This document shows, in pieces, positions 25,601 to 37,500 of a stretch of 64,000 nt of DNA (position 1 is its first letter; every line of letters begins with the position of its first letter). The notes beneath the pieces are model-generated. The model searched no databases. It saw nothing but the letters and a program-made list of their open reading frames with translations, and was not told the origin of the DNA. Source of the DNA: Lytechinus pictus (Eukaryota); the NCBI RefSeq assembly GCF_037042905.1, contig NC_087251.1:38876001-38940000 (forward strand), written 5' to 3'. The position numbers were made by a program, and so were the translations under genes.

Positions 25601-26900
25601 CAATTTTGCCCAATTTTCCATGTCGCGGGTGGGGCGAGGGGGTCAAAAATTCAAACTCCCTGGATCCTCTTGATTCTCGCTGTAATAATCGGTTAGGATG
25701 CTAAAACATTCCAGGGAGTAATGACGGCTGATTTGGGGGGGTTCTGGGGGAAATATTGAACAAATATTATTTTGCTCATTTTTGGCAAATTTTGCCCAAT
25801 TTTCCATGTCGCGGGTGGGGCGAGGGGGTCGAAAATTCAAACTCCCTGGATCCTCTTGATTCTCGCTGTAATAATCGGTTAGGATGCTAAAACATCCCAG
25901 GGAGCGAAGACGGCTGATTTGGGGGGGTTTCGGGGGAAATATTGAACATGTTATTTTGCTCAATTTTGGCCAATTTTGCCCAATTTTCCATGTCGCGGGT
26001 GGGGCGAGGGGGTCGAAAATTCAAACTCCCTGGATCCTCTTGATTCTTGCTGTAATAATCGGTTAGGATGCTAAAATATCCCAGGGAGCAAAGACGGCTG
26101 ATTTGGGGGGGTTTCGGGGGAAATATTGAACAAATATTATTTTGCTCAATTTTGGCCAATTTTGTCAAATTTTCCATGTCGCGGGTGGGGCGAGGGGGTC
26201 GAAAATTCAAACTCCCTGGATCCTCTTGATTCTCGCTGTAATAATCGGTTAGGATGCTAAAACATCCCAGGGAGCAAAGACGGCTGATTTGGGGGGGTTT
26301 CGGGGGAAATATTGAACAAATATTATTTTGCTCAATTTTGCCCAATTTTCCATGTCGCGGTTGGGGCGAGGGGGTCGAAAATTCAAAGTCCCTGGATCTT
26401 CTTGATTCTCGCTGTAATAATCGGTTAGGATGCTAAAACATTCCAGGGAGCGAAGACAGCTGATTTGGGGGGGTTTCGGGGGAAATATTGAACAAATATT
26501 ATTTTGCTCAATTTTGGCCAATTTTCCATGTCGCGGGTGGGGCAATGGGGTCGAAAATTCAAACTCCCTGGATCATCTTGATTCTCGCTGTAATAATCGG
26601 TTAGGATGCTAAAACATCCTAAGGAGCGAAGACGGCTGATTTGGGGGGGTTTCAGGGGAAATATTGAACAAATATTATTTTGCTCAATTTTGGCCAATTT
26701 TGCCCAATTTTCCATGTCGCGGGTGGGCGAGGGGGTCGAAAATTAAAACTCCCTGGATCCTCTTGATTCTCGCTGTAATAATCGATTAGGATGCTAAAAC
26801 ATCCCAGGGAGCGAAGACGGCTGATTTGGGGGGGTTTCGGGGGAAATATTGAATAAATATTATTTTGCTCAATTTTGGCCAATTTTGCCAAATTTTCCAT
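22700..26900. repeat. Triplicated 7-monomer block (offsets 1279 and 1651 bp), with a further copy at about 12930-14230
   Basis: Identical ORFs at 12940/22713/23992/25643 and 13184/22957/24236/25887. Markers GAGTAATGAC, GCTCATTTT, GAACATGTT (2-bp deletion) and AAAATATCCC. Confidence 0.92.
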
Positions 26901-29900
26901 GTCGCGGGTGGGGCGAGGGGGTCGAAAATTCAAACTCCCTGGATCCTCTTGATTCTTGCTGTAATAATCGGTTAGGATGCTAAAACATCCCAGGGAGCGA
27001 AGACGGCTGATTTAGGGGGGTTTCGGGGGAAATATTGAACAAATATTATTTTGCTCAATTTTGGCCAATTTTGCCCAATTTTCCATGTCGCGGGTGGGGC
27101 GAGGGGGTCGAAAATTCAAACTCCCTGGATCCTCTTGATTCTCGCTGTAATAATCGGTTAGGATGCTAAAACATCCCAGGGAGCAAAGACGGCTGATTTG
27201 GGGGGGTTTCGGGGGAAATATTGAACAAATATTATTTTGCTCAATTTTGGCCAATTTTGTCAAATTTTCCATGTCGCGGGTGGGGCGAGGGGGTCGAAAA
27301 TTCAAACTCCCTGGATCCTCTTGATTCTCGCTGTATTAATCGGTTAGGATGCTAAAACATCCCAGGGAGCAAAGACGGCTGATTTGGGGGGGTTTCGGGG
27401 GAAATATTGAACAAATATTATTTTGCTCAATTTTTGCCAATTTTGCCCAATTTTCCATGTCGCGGTTGGGGCGAGGGGGTCGAAAATTCAAAGTCCCTGG
27501 ATCTTCTTGATTCTCGCTTTAATAATCGGTTAGGATGCTAAAACATTCCAGGGAGCGAAGACGGCTGATTTGGGGGGGTTCTGGGGGAAATATTGAACAA
27601 ATATTATTTTGCTCAATTTTGGCCAATTTTGCCGAATTTTCCATGTCGCAGGTGGGGCAATGGGGTCGAAAATTCAAACTCCCTGGATCCTCTTGATTCT
27701 CGCTGTTATAATCAGTTAGGATGCTAAAACATTCCAGGGAGCGAAGACAGCTGATTTGGGGGGGTTCTGGGGGAAATATTGAACAAATATTATTTTGCTC
27801 AATTTTGGCCAATTTTGCCGAATTTACCATGTCGCGGGTGGGGCAATGGGGTCGAAAATTCAAACTCTCTGGATCCTCTTGATTCTCGCTCGAATAATCG
27901 GTTAGGATGCTAAAACATCCTAAGCAGCAAGACGGCTGATTTGGGGGGGTTTCAGGGGAAATATTGAACAAATATTATTTTGCTCAATTTTGGCCAATTT
28001 TGCCCAATTTTCCATGTCGCGGGTGGGGCGAGGGGGTCGAAAATTAAAACTCCCTGGATCCTCTTGATTCTCGCTGTAATAATCGGTTAGGATGCTCAAA
28101 CATCCCAGGGAGCAAAGACGGCTGATTTGGGGGGGTTTCGGGGGAAATATTGAACAAATATTATTTTGCTCAATTTTTGCCAATTTTGCCCAATTTTCCA
28201 TGTCGCGGGTGGGGCGAGGGGGTCGAAAATTCAAACTAGCTGGATCCTCTTGATTCTCGCTGTAATAATCGGTTAGGATGCTAAAACATTCCAGGGAGTG
28301 AAGACGGCTGATTTGGGGGGGTTCTGGGGGAAATATTGAACAAATATTATTTTGCTCAATTTTGGCCAATTTTGCCCAATTTTCCATGTCGCGGGTGGGG
28401 CGAGGGGGTCAAAAATTCAAACTCCCTGGATCCTCTTGATTCTCGCTGTAATAATCGGTTAGGATGCTAAAACATCCCAGGGAGCGAAGTCGGCTGATTT
28501 GGGGGGGTTTCGGGGGAAATATTGAACAAATGTTATTTTGCTCAATTTTGGCCAATTTTGCCCAATTTTCCATGTCGCGGGTGGGGCGAGGGGGTCGAAA
28601 ATTCAAACTCCCTGGATCCTCTTGATTCTCGCTGTAATAATCGGTTAGGATGCTAAAACATCCCAGGGAGCAAAGACGGCTGATTTGGGGGGGTTTCGGG
28701 GGAAATATTGAACAAATATTATTTTGCTCAATTTTGGCCAATTTTGTCAAATTTTCCATGTCGCGGGTGGGGCGAGGGGGTCGAAAATTCAAACTCCCTG
28801 GATCCTCTTGATTCTCGCTGTAATAATCGGTTAGGATGCTAAAACATCCCAGGGAGCAAAGACGGCTGATTTGGGGGGGTTTCGGGGGAAATATTGAACA
28901 AATATTATTTTGCTCAATTTTGCCCAATTTTCCATGTCGCGGTTGGGGCGAGCGGGTCGAAAATTCAAAGTCCCTGGATCTTCTTGATTCTCGCTGTAAT
29001 AATCGGTTAGGATGCTAAAACATTCCAGGGAGCGAAGACAGCTGATTTGGGGGGGTTTCGGGGGAAATATTGAACAAATATTATTTTGCTCAATTTTGGC
29101 CAATTTTGCCCAATTTTCCATGTCGCGGGTGGGGCAATGGGGTCGAAAATTCAAACTCCCTGGATCCTCTTGATTCTCGCTGTAATAATCGGTTAGGATG
29201 CTAAAACATCCTAAGGAGCAAAGACGGCTGATTTGGGGGGGTTTCAGGGGAAATATTGAACAAATATTATTTTGCTCAATTTTGCCCAATTTTCCATGTC
29301 GCGGTTGGGGCGAGGGGGTCGAAAATTCAAAGTCCCTGGATCTTCTTGATTCTCGCTGTAATAATCGGTTAGGATGCTAAAACATTCCAGGGAGCGAAGA
29401 CAGCTGATTTGGGGGGGTTTCGGGGGAAATATTGAACAAATATTATTTTGCTCAATTGTGGCCAATTTTGCCCATTTTTCCATGTCGCGGGTGGGGCGAG
29501 GGGGTCGAAAATTAAAACTCCCTGGATCCTCTTGATTCTCGCTGTAATAATCGATTAGGATGCTAAAACATCCCAGGGAGCGAAGACGGCTGATTTGGGG
29601 GGGTTTCGGGGGAAATATTGAACAAATATTATTTTGCTCAATTTTGGCCAATTTTGCCCAATTTTCCATGTCGCGGGTGGGGCGAGGGGGTCATAATTCA
29701 AACTCCCTGGATCCTCTTGATTCTTGCTGTAATAATCGGTTAGGATGCTAAAACATCCCAGGGAGCGAAGACTGCTGATTTAGGGGGGTTTCGGGGGAAA
29801 TATTGAACAAATATTATTTTGGTCAATTTTTGCCAATTTTGCCCAATTTTTCATGTCGCGGGTGGGGCGAGGGGGTCGAAAATTAAAACTCCCTGGATCC

Positions 29901-31470
29901 TCTTGATTCTCGCTGTAATAATCGGTTAGGATGCTAAAACATCCCAGGGAGCAAAGACGGCTGATTTGGGGGGGTTTCGGGGGAAATATTGAACAAATAT
30001 TATTTTGCTCAATTTTGGCCAATTTTGTCAAATTTTCCATGTCGCGGGTGGGGCGAGGGGGTCGAAAATTCAAACTCCCTGGATCCTCTTGATTCTCGCT
30101 GTAATAATCGGTTAGGATGCTAAAACATCCCAGGGAGCAAAGACGGCTGATTTGGGGGGGTTTCGGGGGAAATATTGAACAAATATTATTTTGCTCAATT
30201 TTTACCAATTTTGCCCAATTTTCCATGTCGCGGTTGGGGCGAGGGGGTCGAAAATTCAAAGTCCCTGGATCTTCTTGATTCTCGCTGTAATAATCGGTTA
30301 GGATTCTAAAACATTCCAGGGAGCGAAGACAGCTGATTTGGGGGGGTTTCGGGGGAAATATTGAACAAATATTATTTTGCTCAATTTTGGCCAATTTTGC
30401 CGAATTTTCCACGTCGCGGGTGGGGCAATGGGGTCGAAAATTTAAACTCCCTGGATCCTCTTGATTCTCGCTGTAATAATCGGTTAGGATGCTAAAACAT
30501 CCTAAGGAGCAAAGACGGCTGATTTGGGGGGGTTTCAGGGGAAATATTGAACAAATATTATTTTGCTCAATTTTGGCAAATTTTCCCAATTTTCCATGTC
30601 GCGGGTGGGGCGAGGGGGTCGAAAATTAAAACTCCCTGGAACCTCTTGATTCTCGCTGTAATAATCGATTAGGATGCTAAAACATCCCAGGGAGCAAAGA
30701 CGGCTGATTTGGGGGGATTTCGGGGGAAATATTGAACAAATATTATTTTGCTCAATTTTGGCCAATTTTGCCCAATTTTCCATGTCGCGGGTGGGGCGAG
30801 GTGGTCGAAAATTCAAACTCCCTGGATCCTCTTGATTCTCGCTGTAATAATCGGTTAGGATTCTAAAACATTCCAGGGAGCGAAGACAGCTGATTTGGGG
30901 GGGTTTCGGGGGAAATATTGAACAAATATTATTTTGCTCAATTTTGGCCAATTTTGCCGAATTTTCCACGTCGCGGGTGGGGCAATGGGGTCGAAAATTT
31001 AAACTCCCTGGATCCTCTTGATTCTCGCTGTAATAATCGGTTAGGATGCTAAAACATCCTAAGGAGCAAAGACGGCTGATTTGGGGGGGTTTCAGGGGAA
31101 ATATTGAACAAATATTATTTTGCTCAATTTTGGCAAATTTTCCCAATTTTCCATGTCGCGGGTGGGGCGAGGGGGTCGAAAATTAAAACTCCCTGGAACC
31201 TCTTGATTCTCGCTGTAATAATCGATTAGGATGCTAAAACATCCCAGGGAGCAAAGACGGCTGATTTGGGGGGATTTCGGGGGAAATATTGAACAAATAT
31301 TATTTTGCTCAATTTTGGCCAATTTTGCCCAATTTTCCATGTCGCGGGTGGGGCGAGGTGGTCGAAAATTCAAACTCCCTGGATCCTCTTGATTCTCGCT
31401 GTAATAATCGGTTAGGATGCTAAAACATCCCAGGGAGCGAAGACGGCTGATTTAGGGGGGTTTCGGGGGA

Positions 31471-31502
31471 AATATTGAACAAATATTATTTTGCTCAATT
31501 TT
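31471..31502. repeat. Imperfect inverted repeat (dyad) in each monomer, 13-bp arms with 6-nt spacer
   Basis: AATATTGAACAAA-tattat-TTTGCTCAATTTT. The reverse complement of the right arm, AAAATTGAGCAAA, matches the left arm at 11 of 13 positions. Confidence 0.85.
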
Positions 31503-31522
31503 GGCCAATTTTGCCCAATTTT
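31489..31522 (+). repeat. Internal 10-bp sub-repeat of each monomer (TTTTG-c/g-y-CAA x3)
   Basis: TTTTGCTCAA TTTTGGCCAA TTTTGCCCAA TTTT. It is present in every monomer, and some monomers carry only two or one unit. Confidence 0.95.
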
Positions 31523-34500
31523 CCATGTCGCGGGTGGGGCGAGGGGGTCGAAAATTCAAACTCCCTGGATCCTCTTGATTCTCGCTGTAATAATCGGTTA
31601 GGATGCTAAAACATCCCAGGGAGCAAAGACGGCTGATTTGGGGGGGTTTCGGGGGAAATATTGAACAAATATTATTTTGCTCAATTTTGGCCAATTTTGT
31701 CAAATTTTCCATGTCGCGGGTGGGGCGAGGGGGTCGAAAATTCAAACTCCCTGGATCCTCTTGATTCTCGCTGTAATAATCGGTTAGGATGCTAAAACAT
31801 CCCAGGGAGCAAAGACGGCTGATTTGGGGGGGTTTCGGGGGAAATATTGAACAAATATTATTTTGCTCAATTTTTACCAATTTTGCCCAATTTTCCATGT
31901 CGCGGTTGGGGCGAGGGGGTCGAAAATTCAAAGTCCCTGGATCTTCTTGATTCTCGCTGTAATAATCGGTTAGGATTCTAAAACATTCCAGGGAGCGAAG
32001 ACAGCTGATTTGGGGGGGTTTCGGGGGAAATATTGAACAAATATTATTTTGCTCAATTTTGGCCAATTTTGCCGAATTTTCCACGTCGCGGGTGGGGCAA
32101 TGGGGTCGAAAATTTAAACTCCCTGGATCCTCTTGATTCTCGCTGTAATAATCGGTTAGGATGCTAAAACATCCTAAGGAGCAAAGACGGCTGATTTGGG
32201 GGGGTTTCAGGGGAAATATTGAACAAATATTATTTTGCTCAATTTTGGCAAATTTTCCCAATTTTCCATGTCGCGGGTGGGGCGAGGGGGTCGAAAATTA
32301 AAACTCCCTGGAACCTCTTGATTCTCGCTGTAATAATCGATTAGGATGCTAAAACATCCCAGGGAGCAAAGACGGCTGATTTGGGGGGATTTCGGGGGAA
32401 ATATTGAACAAATATTATTTTGCTCAATTTTGGCCAATTTTGCCCAATTTTCCATGTCGCGGGTGGGGCGAGGGGGTCGAAAATTCAAACTCCCTGGATC
32501 CTCTTGATTCTTGCTGTAATAATCGGTTAGGATGCTAAAACATCCCAGGGAGCGAAGACGGCTGAATTAGGGGGGTTTCGGGGGAAATATTGAACAAATA
32601 TTATTTTGCTCAATTTTGGCCAATTTTGCCCAATTTTCCATGTCGCGGGTGGGGCGAGGGGGTCGAAAATTCAAACTCCCTGGATCCTCTTGATTCTCGC
32701 TGTAATAATCGGTTAGGATGCTAAAACATCCCAGGGAGCAAAGACGGCTGATTTGGGGGGGTTTCGGGGGAAATATTGAACAAATATTATTTTGCTCAAT
32801 TTTGGCCAATTTTGTCAAATTTTCCATGTCGCGGGTGGGGCGAGGGGGTCGAAAATTCAAACTCCCTGGATCCTCTTGATTCTCGCTGTAATAATCGGTT
32901 AGGATGCTAAAACATCCCAGGGAGCAAAGACGGCTGATTTGGGGGGGTTTCGGGGGAAATATTGAACAAATATTATTTTGCTCAATTTTTACCAATTTTG
33001 CCCAATTTTCCATGTCGCGGTTGGGGCGAGGGGGTCGAAAATTCAAAGTCCCTGGATCTTCTTGATTCTCGCTGTAATAATCGGTTAGGATGCTAAAACA
33101 TTCCAGGGAGCGAAGACAGCTGATTTGGGGGGGTTTCGGGGGAAATATTGAACAAATATTATTTTGCTCAATTTTGGCCAATTTTGCCGAATTTTCCATG
33201 TCGCGGGTGGGGCAATGGGGTCGAAAATTCAAACTCCCTGGATCCTCTTGATTCTCGCTGTAATAATCGGTTAGGATGCTAAAACATCCTAAGGAGCGAA
33301 GACGGCTGATTTGGGGGGGTTTCAGGGGAAATATTGAACAAATATTATTTTGCTCAATTTTGGCCAATTTTCCCAATTTTCCATGTCGCGGGTGGGGCGA
33401 GGGGGTCGAAAATTAAAACTCCCTGGATCCTCTTGATTCTCGCTGTAATAATCACTTAGGATGCTAAAACATCCCAGGGAGCGAAGACGGCTGATTTTGG
33501 GGGGTTTCGGGGAAAATATTGAACAAATATTATTTTGCTCAATTTTGCCCAATTTTCCATGTCGCGGTGGGGCGAGGGGGTCGAAAATTCAAACTCCCTG
33601 GATCCTCTTGATTCTCGCTGTAATAATCGGTTAGGATGCTAAAACATCCCAGGGAGCAAAGACGGCTGATTTGGGGGGGTTTCGGGGGAAATATTGAACA
33701 AATATTATTTTGCTCAATTTTGGCCAATTTTGCCCAATTTTCCATGTCGCGGGTGGGGCGAGGGGGTCGAAAATTCAAACTCCCTGGATCCTCTTGATTC
33801 TTGCTGTAATAATCGGTTAGGATGCTAAAACATCCCAGGGAGCGAAGACGGCTGATTTAGGGGGGTTTCGGGGGAAATATTGAACAAATATTATTTTGCT
33901 CAATTTTGGCCAATTTTGCCCAATTTTCCATGTCGCGGGTGGGGCGAGGGGGTCGAAAATTCAAACTCCCTGAATCCTCTTGATTCTCGCTGTAATAATC
34001 GATTAGGATGCTAAAACATCCCAGGGAGCGAAGACGGCTGATTTGGGGGGGTTTCGGGGGAAATATTGAACAAATATTATTTTGCTCAATTTTCCATGTC
34101 GCGGGTGGGGCGAGGGGGTCATAATTCAAACTCCCTGGATCCTCTTGATTCTTGCTGTAATAATCGGTTAGGATGCTAAAACATCCCAGGGAGCGAAGAC
34201 TGCTGATTTAGGGGGGTTTCGGGGGAAATATTGAACAAATATTATTTTGGTCAATTTTTGCCAATTTTGCCCAATTTTTCATGTCGCGGGTGGGGCGAGG
34301 GGGTCGAAAATTCAAACTCCCTGGATCCTCTTGATTCTCGCTGTAATAATCGGTTAGGATGCTAAAACATCCCAGGGAGCAAAGACGGCTGATTTGGGGG
34401 GGTTTCGGGGGAAATATTGAACAAATATTATTTTGCTCAATTTTGGCCAATTTTGTCAAATTTTCCATGTCGCGGGTGGGGCGAGGGGGTCGAAAATTCA

Positions 34501-37500
34501 AACTCCCTGGATCCTCTTGATTCTCGCTGTAATAATCGGTTAGGATGCTAAAACATCCCAGGGAGCAAAGACGGCTGATTTGGGGGGGTTTCGGGGGAAA
34601 TATTGAACAAATATTATTTTGCTCAATTTTTACCAATTTTGCCCAATTTTCCATGTCGCGGTTGGGGCGAGGGGGTCGAAAATTCAAAGTCCCTGGATCT
34701 TCTTGATTCTCGCTGTAATAATCGGTTAGGATTCTAAAACATTCCAGGGAGCAAAGACAGCTGATTTGGGGGGGTTTCGGGGGAAATATTGAACAAATAT
34801 TATTTTGCTCAATTTTGGCCAATTTTGCCGAATTTTCCACGTCGCGGGTGGGGCAATGGGGTCGAAAATTCAAACTCCCTGGATCCTCTTGATTCTCGCT
34901 GTAATAATCGGTTAGGATGCTAAAACATCCTAAGGAGCAAAGACGGCTGATTTGGGGGGGTTTCAGGGGAAATATTGAACAAATATTATTTTGCTCAATT
35001 TTGGCAAATTTTCCCAATTTTCCATGTCGCGGGTGGGGCGAGGGGGTCGAAAATTAAAACTCCCTGGAACCTCTTGATTCTCGCTGTAATAATCGATTAG
35101 GATGCTAAAACATCCCAGGGAGCAAAGACGGCTGATTTGGGGGGATTTCGGGGGAAATATTGAACAAATATTATTTTGCTCAATTTTGGCCAATTTTGCC
35201 CAATTTTCCATGTCGCGGGTGGGGCGAGGGGGTCGAAAATTCAAACTCCCTGGATCCTCTTGATTCTTGCTGTAATAATCGGTTAGGATGCTAAAACATC
35301 CCAGGGAGCGAAGACGGCTGATTTAGGGGGGTTTCGGGGGAAATATTGAACAAATATTATTTTGCTCAATTTTGGCCAATTTTGCCCAATTTTCCATGTC
35401 GCGGGTGGGGCGAGGGGGTCGAAAATTCAAACTCCCTGGATCCTCTTGATTCTCGCTGTAATAATCGGTTAGGATGCTAAAACATCCCAGGGAGCAAAGA
35501 CGGCTGATTTGGGGGGGTTTCGGGGGAAATATTGAACAAATATTATTTTGCTCAATTTTGGCCAATTTTGTCAAATTTTCCATGTCGCGGGTGGGGCGAG
35601 GGGGTCGAAAATTCAAACTCCCTGGATCCTCTTGATTCTCGCTGTAATAATCGGTTAGGATGCTAAAACATCCCAGGGAGCAAAGACGGCTGATTTGGGG
35701 GGGTTTCGGGGGAAATATTGAACAAATATTATTTTGCTCAATTTTGCCAAATTTTCCATGTCGCGGTTGGGGCGAGGGGGTCGAAAATTCAAAGTCCCTG
35801 GATCTTCTTGATTCTCGCTGTAATAATCGGTTAGGATGCTAAAACATTCCAGGGAGCGAAGACAGCTGATTTGGGGGGGTTTCGGGGGAAATATTGAACA
35901 AATATTATTTTGCTCAATTTTGGCCAATTTTGCCGAATTTTCCATGTCGCGGGTGGGGCAATGGGGTCGAAAATTCAAACTCCCTGGATCCTCTTGATTC
36001 TCGCTGTAATAATCGGTTAGGATGCTAAAACATCCTAAGGAGCGAAGACGGCTGATTTGGGGGGGTTTCAGGGGAAATATTGAACAAATATTATTTTGCT
36101 CAATTTTGGCAAATTTTCCCAATTTTCCATGTCGCGGGTGGGGCGAGGGGGTCGAAAATTAAAACTCCCTGGATCCTCTTGATTCTCGCTGTAATAATCA
36201 CTTAGGATGCTAAAACATCCCAGGGAGCGAAGACGGCTGATTTTGGGGGGTTTCGGGGAAAATATTGAACAAATATTATTTTGCTCAATTTTGCCCAATT
36301 TTCCATGTCGCGGTGGGGCGAGGGGGTCGAAAATTCAAACTCCCTGGATCCTCTTGATTCTCGCTGTAATAATCGGTTAGGATGCTAAAACATCCCAGGG
36401 AGCAAAGACGGCTGATTTGGGGGGTTTCGGGGGAAATATTGAACAAATATTATTTTGCTCAATTTTGGCCAATTTTGCCCAATTTTCCATGTCGCGGGTG
36501 GGGCGAGGGGGTCGAAAATTCAAACTCCCTGGATCCTCTTGATTCTTGCTGTAATAATCGGTTAGGATGCTAAAACATCCCAGGGAGCGAAGACGGCTGA
36601 TTTAGGGGGGTTTCGGGTGAAATATTGAACAAATATTATTTTGCTCAATTTTGGCCAATTTTGCCCAATTTTCCATGTCGCGGGTGGGGCGAGGGGGTCG
36701 AAAATTCAATCTCCCTGGATCCTCTTGATTCTCGCTGTAATAATCGATTAGGATGCTAAAACATCCCATGGAGCGAAGACGGCTGATTTGGGGGGGTTTC
36801 GGGGGAAATATTGAACAAATATTATTTTGCTCAATTTTGGCCAATTTTGCCCAATTTTCCATGTCGCGGGTGGGGCGAGGGGGTCGAAAATTCAAACTCC
36901 CTGGATCCTCTTGATTCTTGCTGTAATAATCGGTTAGGATGCTAAAACATCCCAGGGAGCGAAGACGGCTGATTTAGGGGGGTTTCGGGGGAAATATTGA
37001 ACAAATATTATTTTGGTCAATTTTGGCCAATTTTGCCAAATTTTCCATGTCGCGGTTGGGGCGAGGGGGTCGAAAATTCAAACTCCCTGGATCTTCTTGA
37101 TTCTCGCTGTAATAATCGGTTAGGATGCTAAAACATCCCAGGGAGCAAAGACGGCTGATTTGGGGGGGTTTCGGGGGAAATATTGAACAAATATTATTTT
37201 GCTCAATTTTTGCCAATTTTGTCAAATTTTCCATGTCGCGGGTGGGGCGAGGGGGTCGAAAATTCAAACTCCCTGGATCCTCTTGATTCTCGCTGTAATA
37301 ATCGGTTAGGATGCTAAAACATCCCAGGGAGCAAAGACGGCTGATTTGGGGGGGTTTCGGGGGAAATATTGAACAAATATTATTTTGCTCAATTTTGCCC
37401 AATTTTCCATGTCGCGGTTGGGGCGAGGGGGTCGAAAATTCAAAGTCCCTGGATCTTCTTGATTCTCGCTGTAATAATCGGTTAGGATGCTAAAACATTC

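Larger units (their letters stand above)
31381..31566 (+). repeat. Representative near-consensus 186-bp monomer (BamHI register)
   Basis: Runs from GGATCC at 31381 to CTCCCT at 31566, with the next GGATCC at 31567. It differs from my consensus only by TTTAGGGGGG for TTTGGGGGGG. Confidence 0.97.
29780..33400. repeat. 6-monomer (1115 bp) higher-order repeats with a nested 3-monomer (557 bp) duplication
   Basis: ORF offsets 30535/31092 = 557, 31092/32207 = 1115 and 31452/32567 = 1115. Markers GGAACC, GGATTCTA, CCACGTC and TTTACCAA. Confidence 0.88.

Noticed and set aside
31411..31460. Telomeric motifs TTAGG and TTTAGGG
   Set aside because: They are isolated single copies per monomer and never tandem. 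TTTAGGG is just a G>A allele of the G7 run.
31447..31472. Satellite-encoded hammerhead ribozyme, as in newt, schistosome and cave-cricket satellites
   Set aside because: CTGA...GAAA is present, but the required CUGAnGA core is not (the sequence reads CTGATTT). I found no TCnTCAG for the other strand and no matching stems. An Infernal/Rfam scan would settle it.
31461..31477. CENP-B box (TTCGnnnnAnnCGGG)
   Set aside because: TTCGGGGGAAATATT matches only the 5' half (5 of 9 core bases). The minus-strand TTCGACCCCCTCGCC matches 6 of 9. Neither is an intact box.
31381..31566. 5S rRNA, tRNA or snRNA tandem gene array
   Set aside because: I see no recognisable 5S, tRNA cloverleaf or snRNA sequence, and no convincing Pol III A/B/C boxes.
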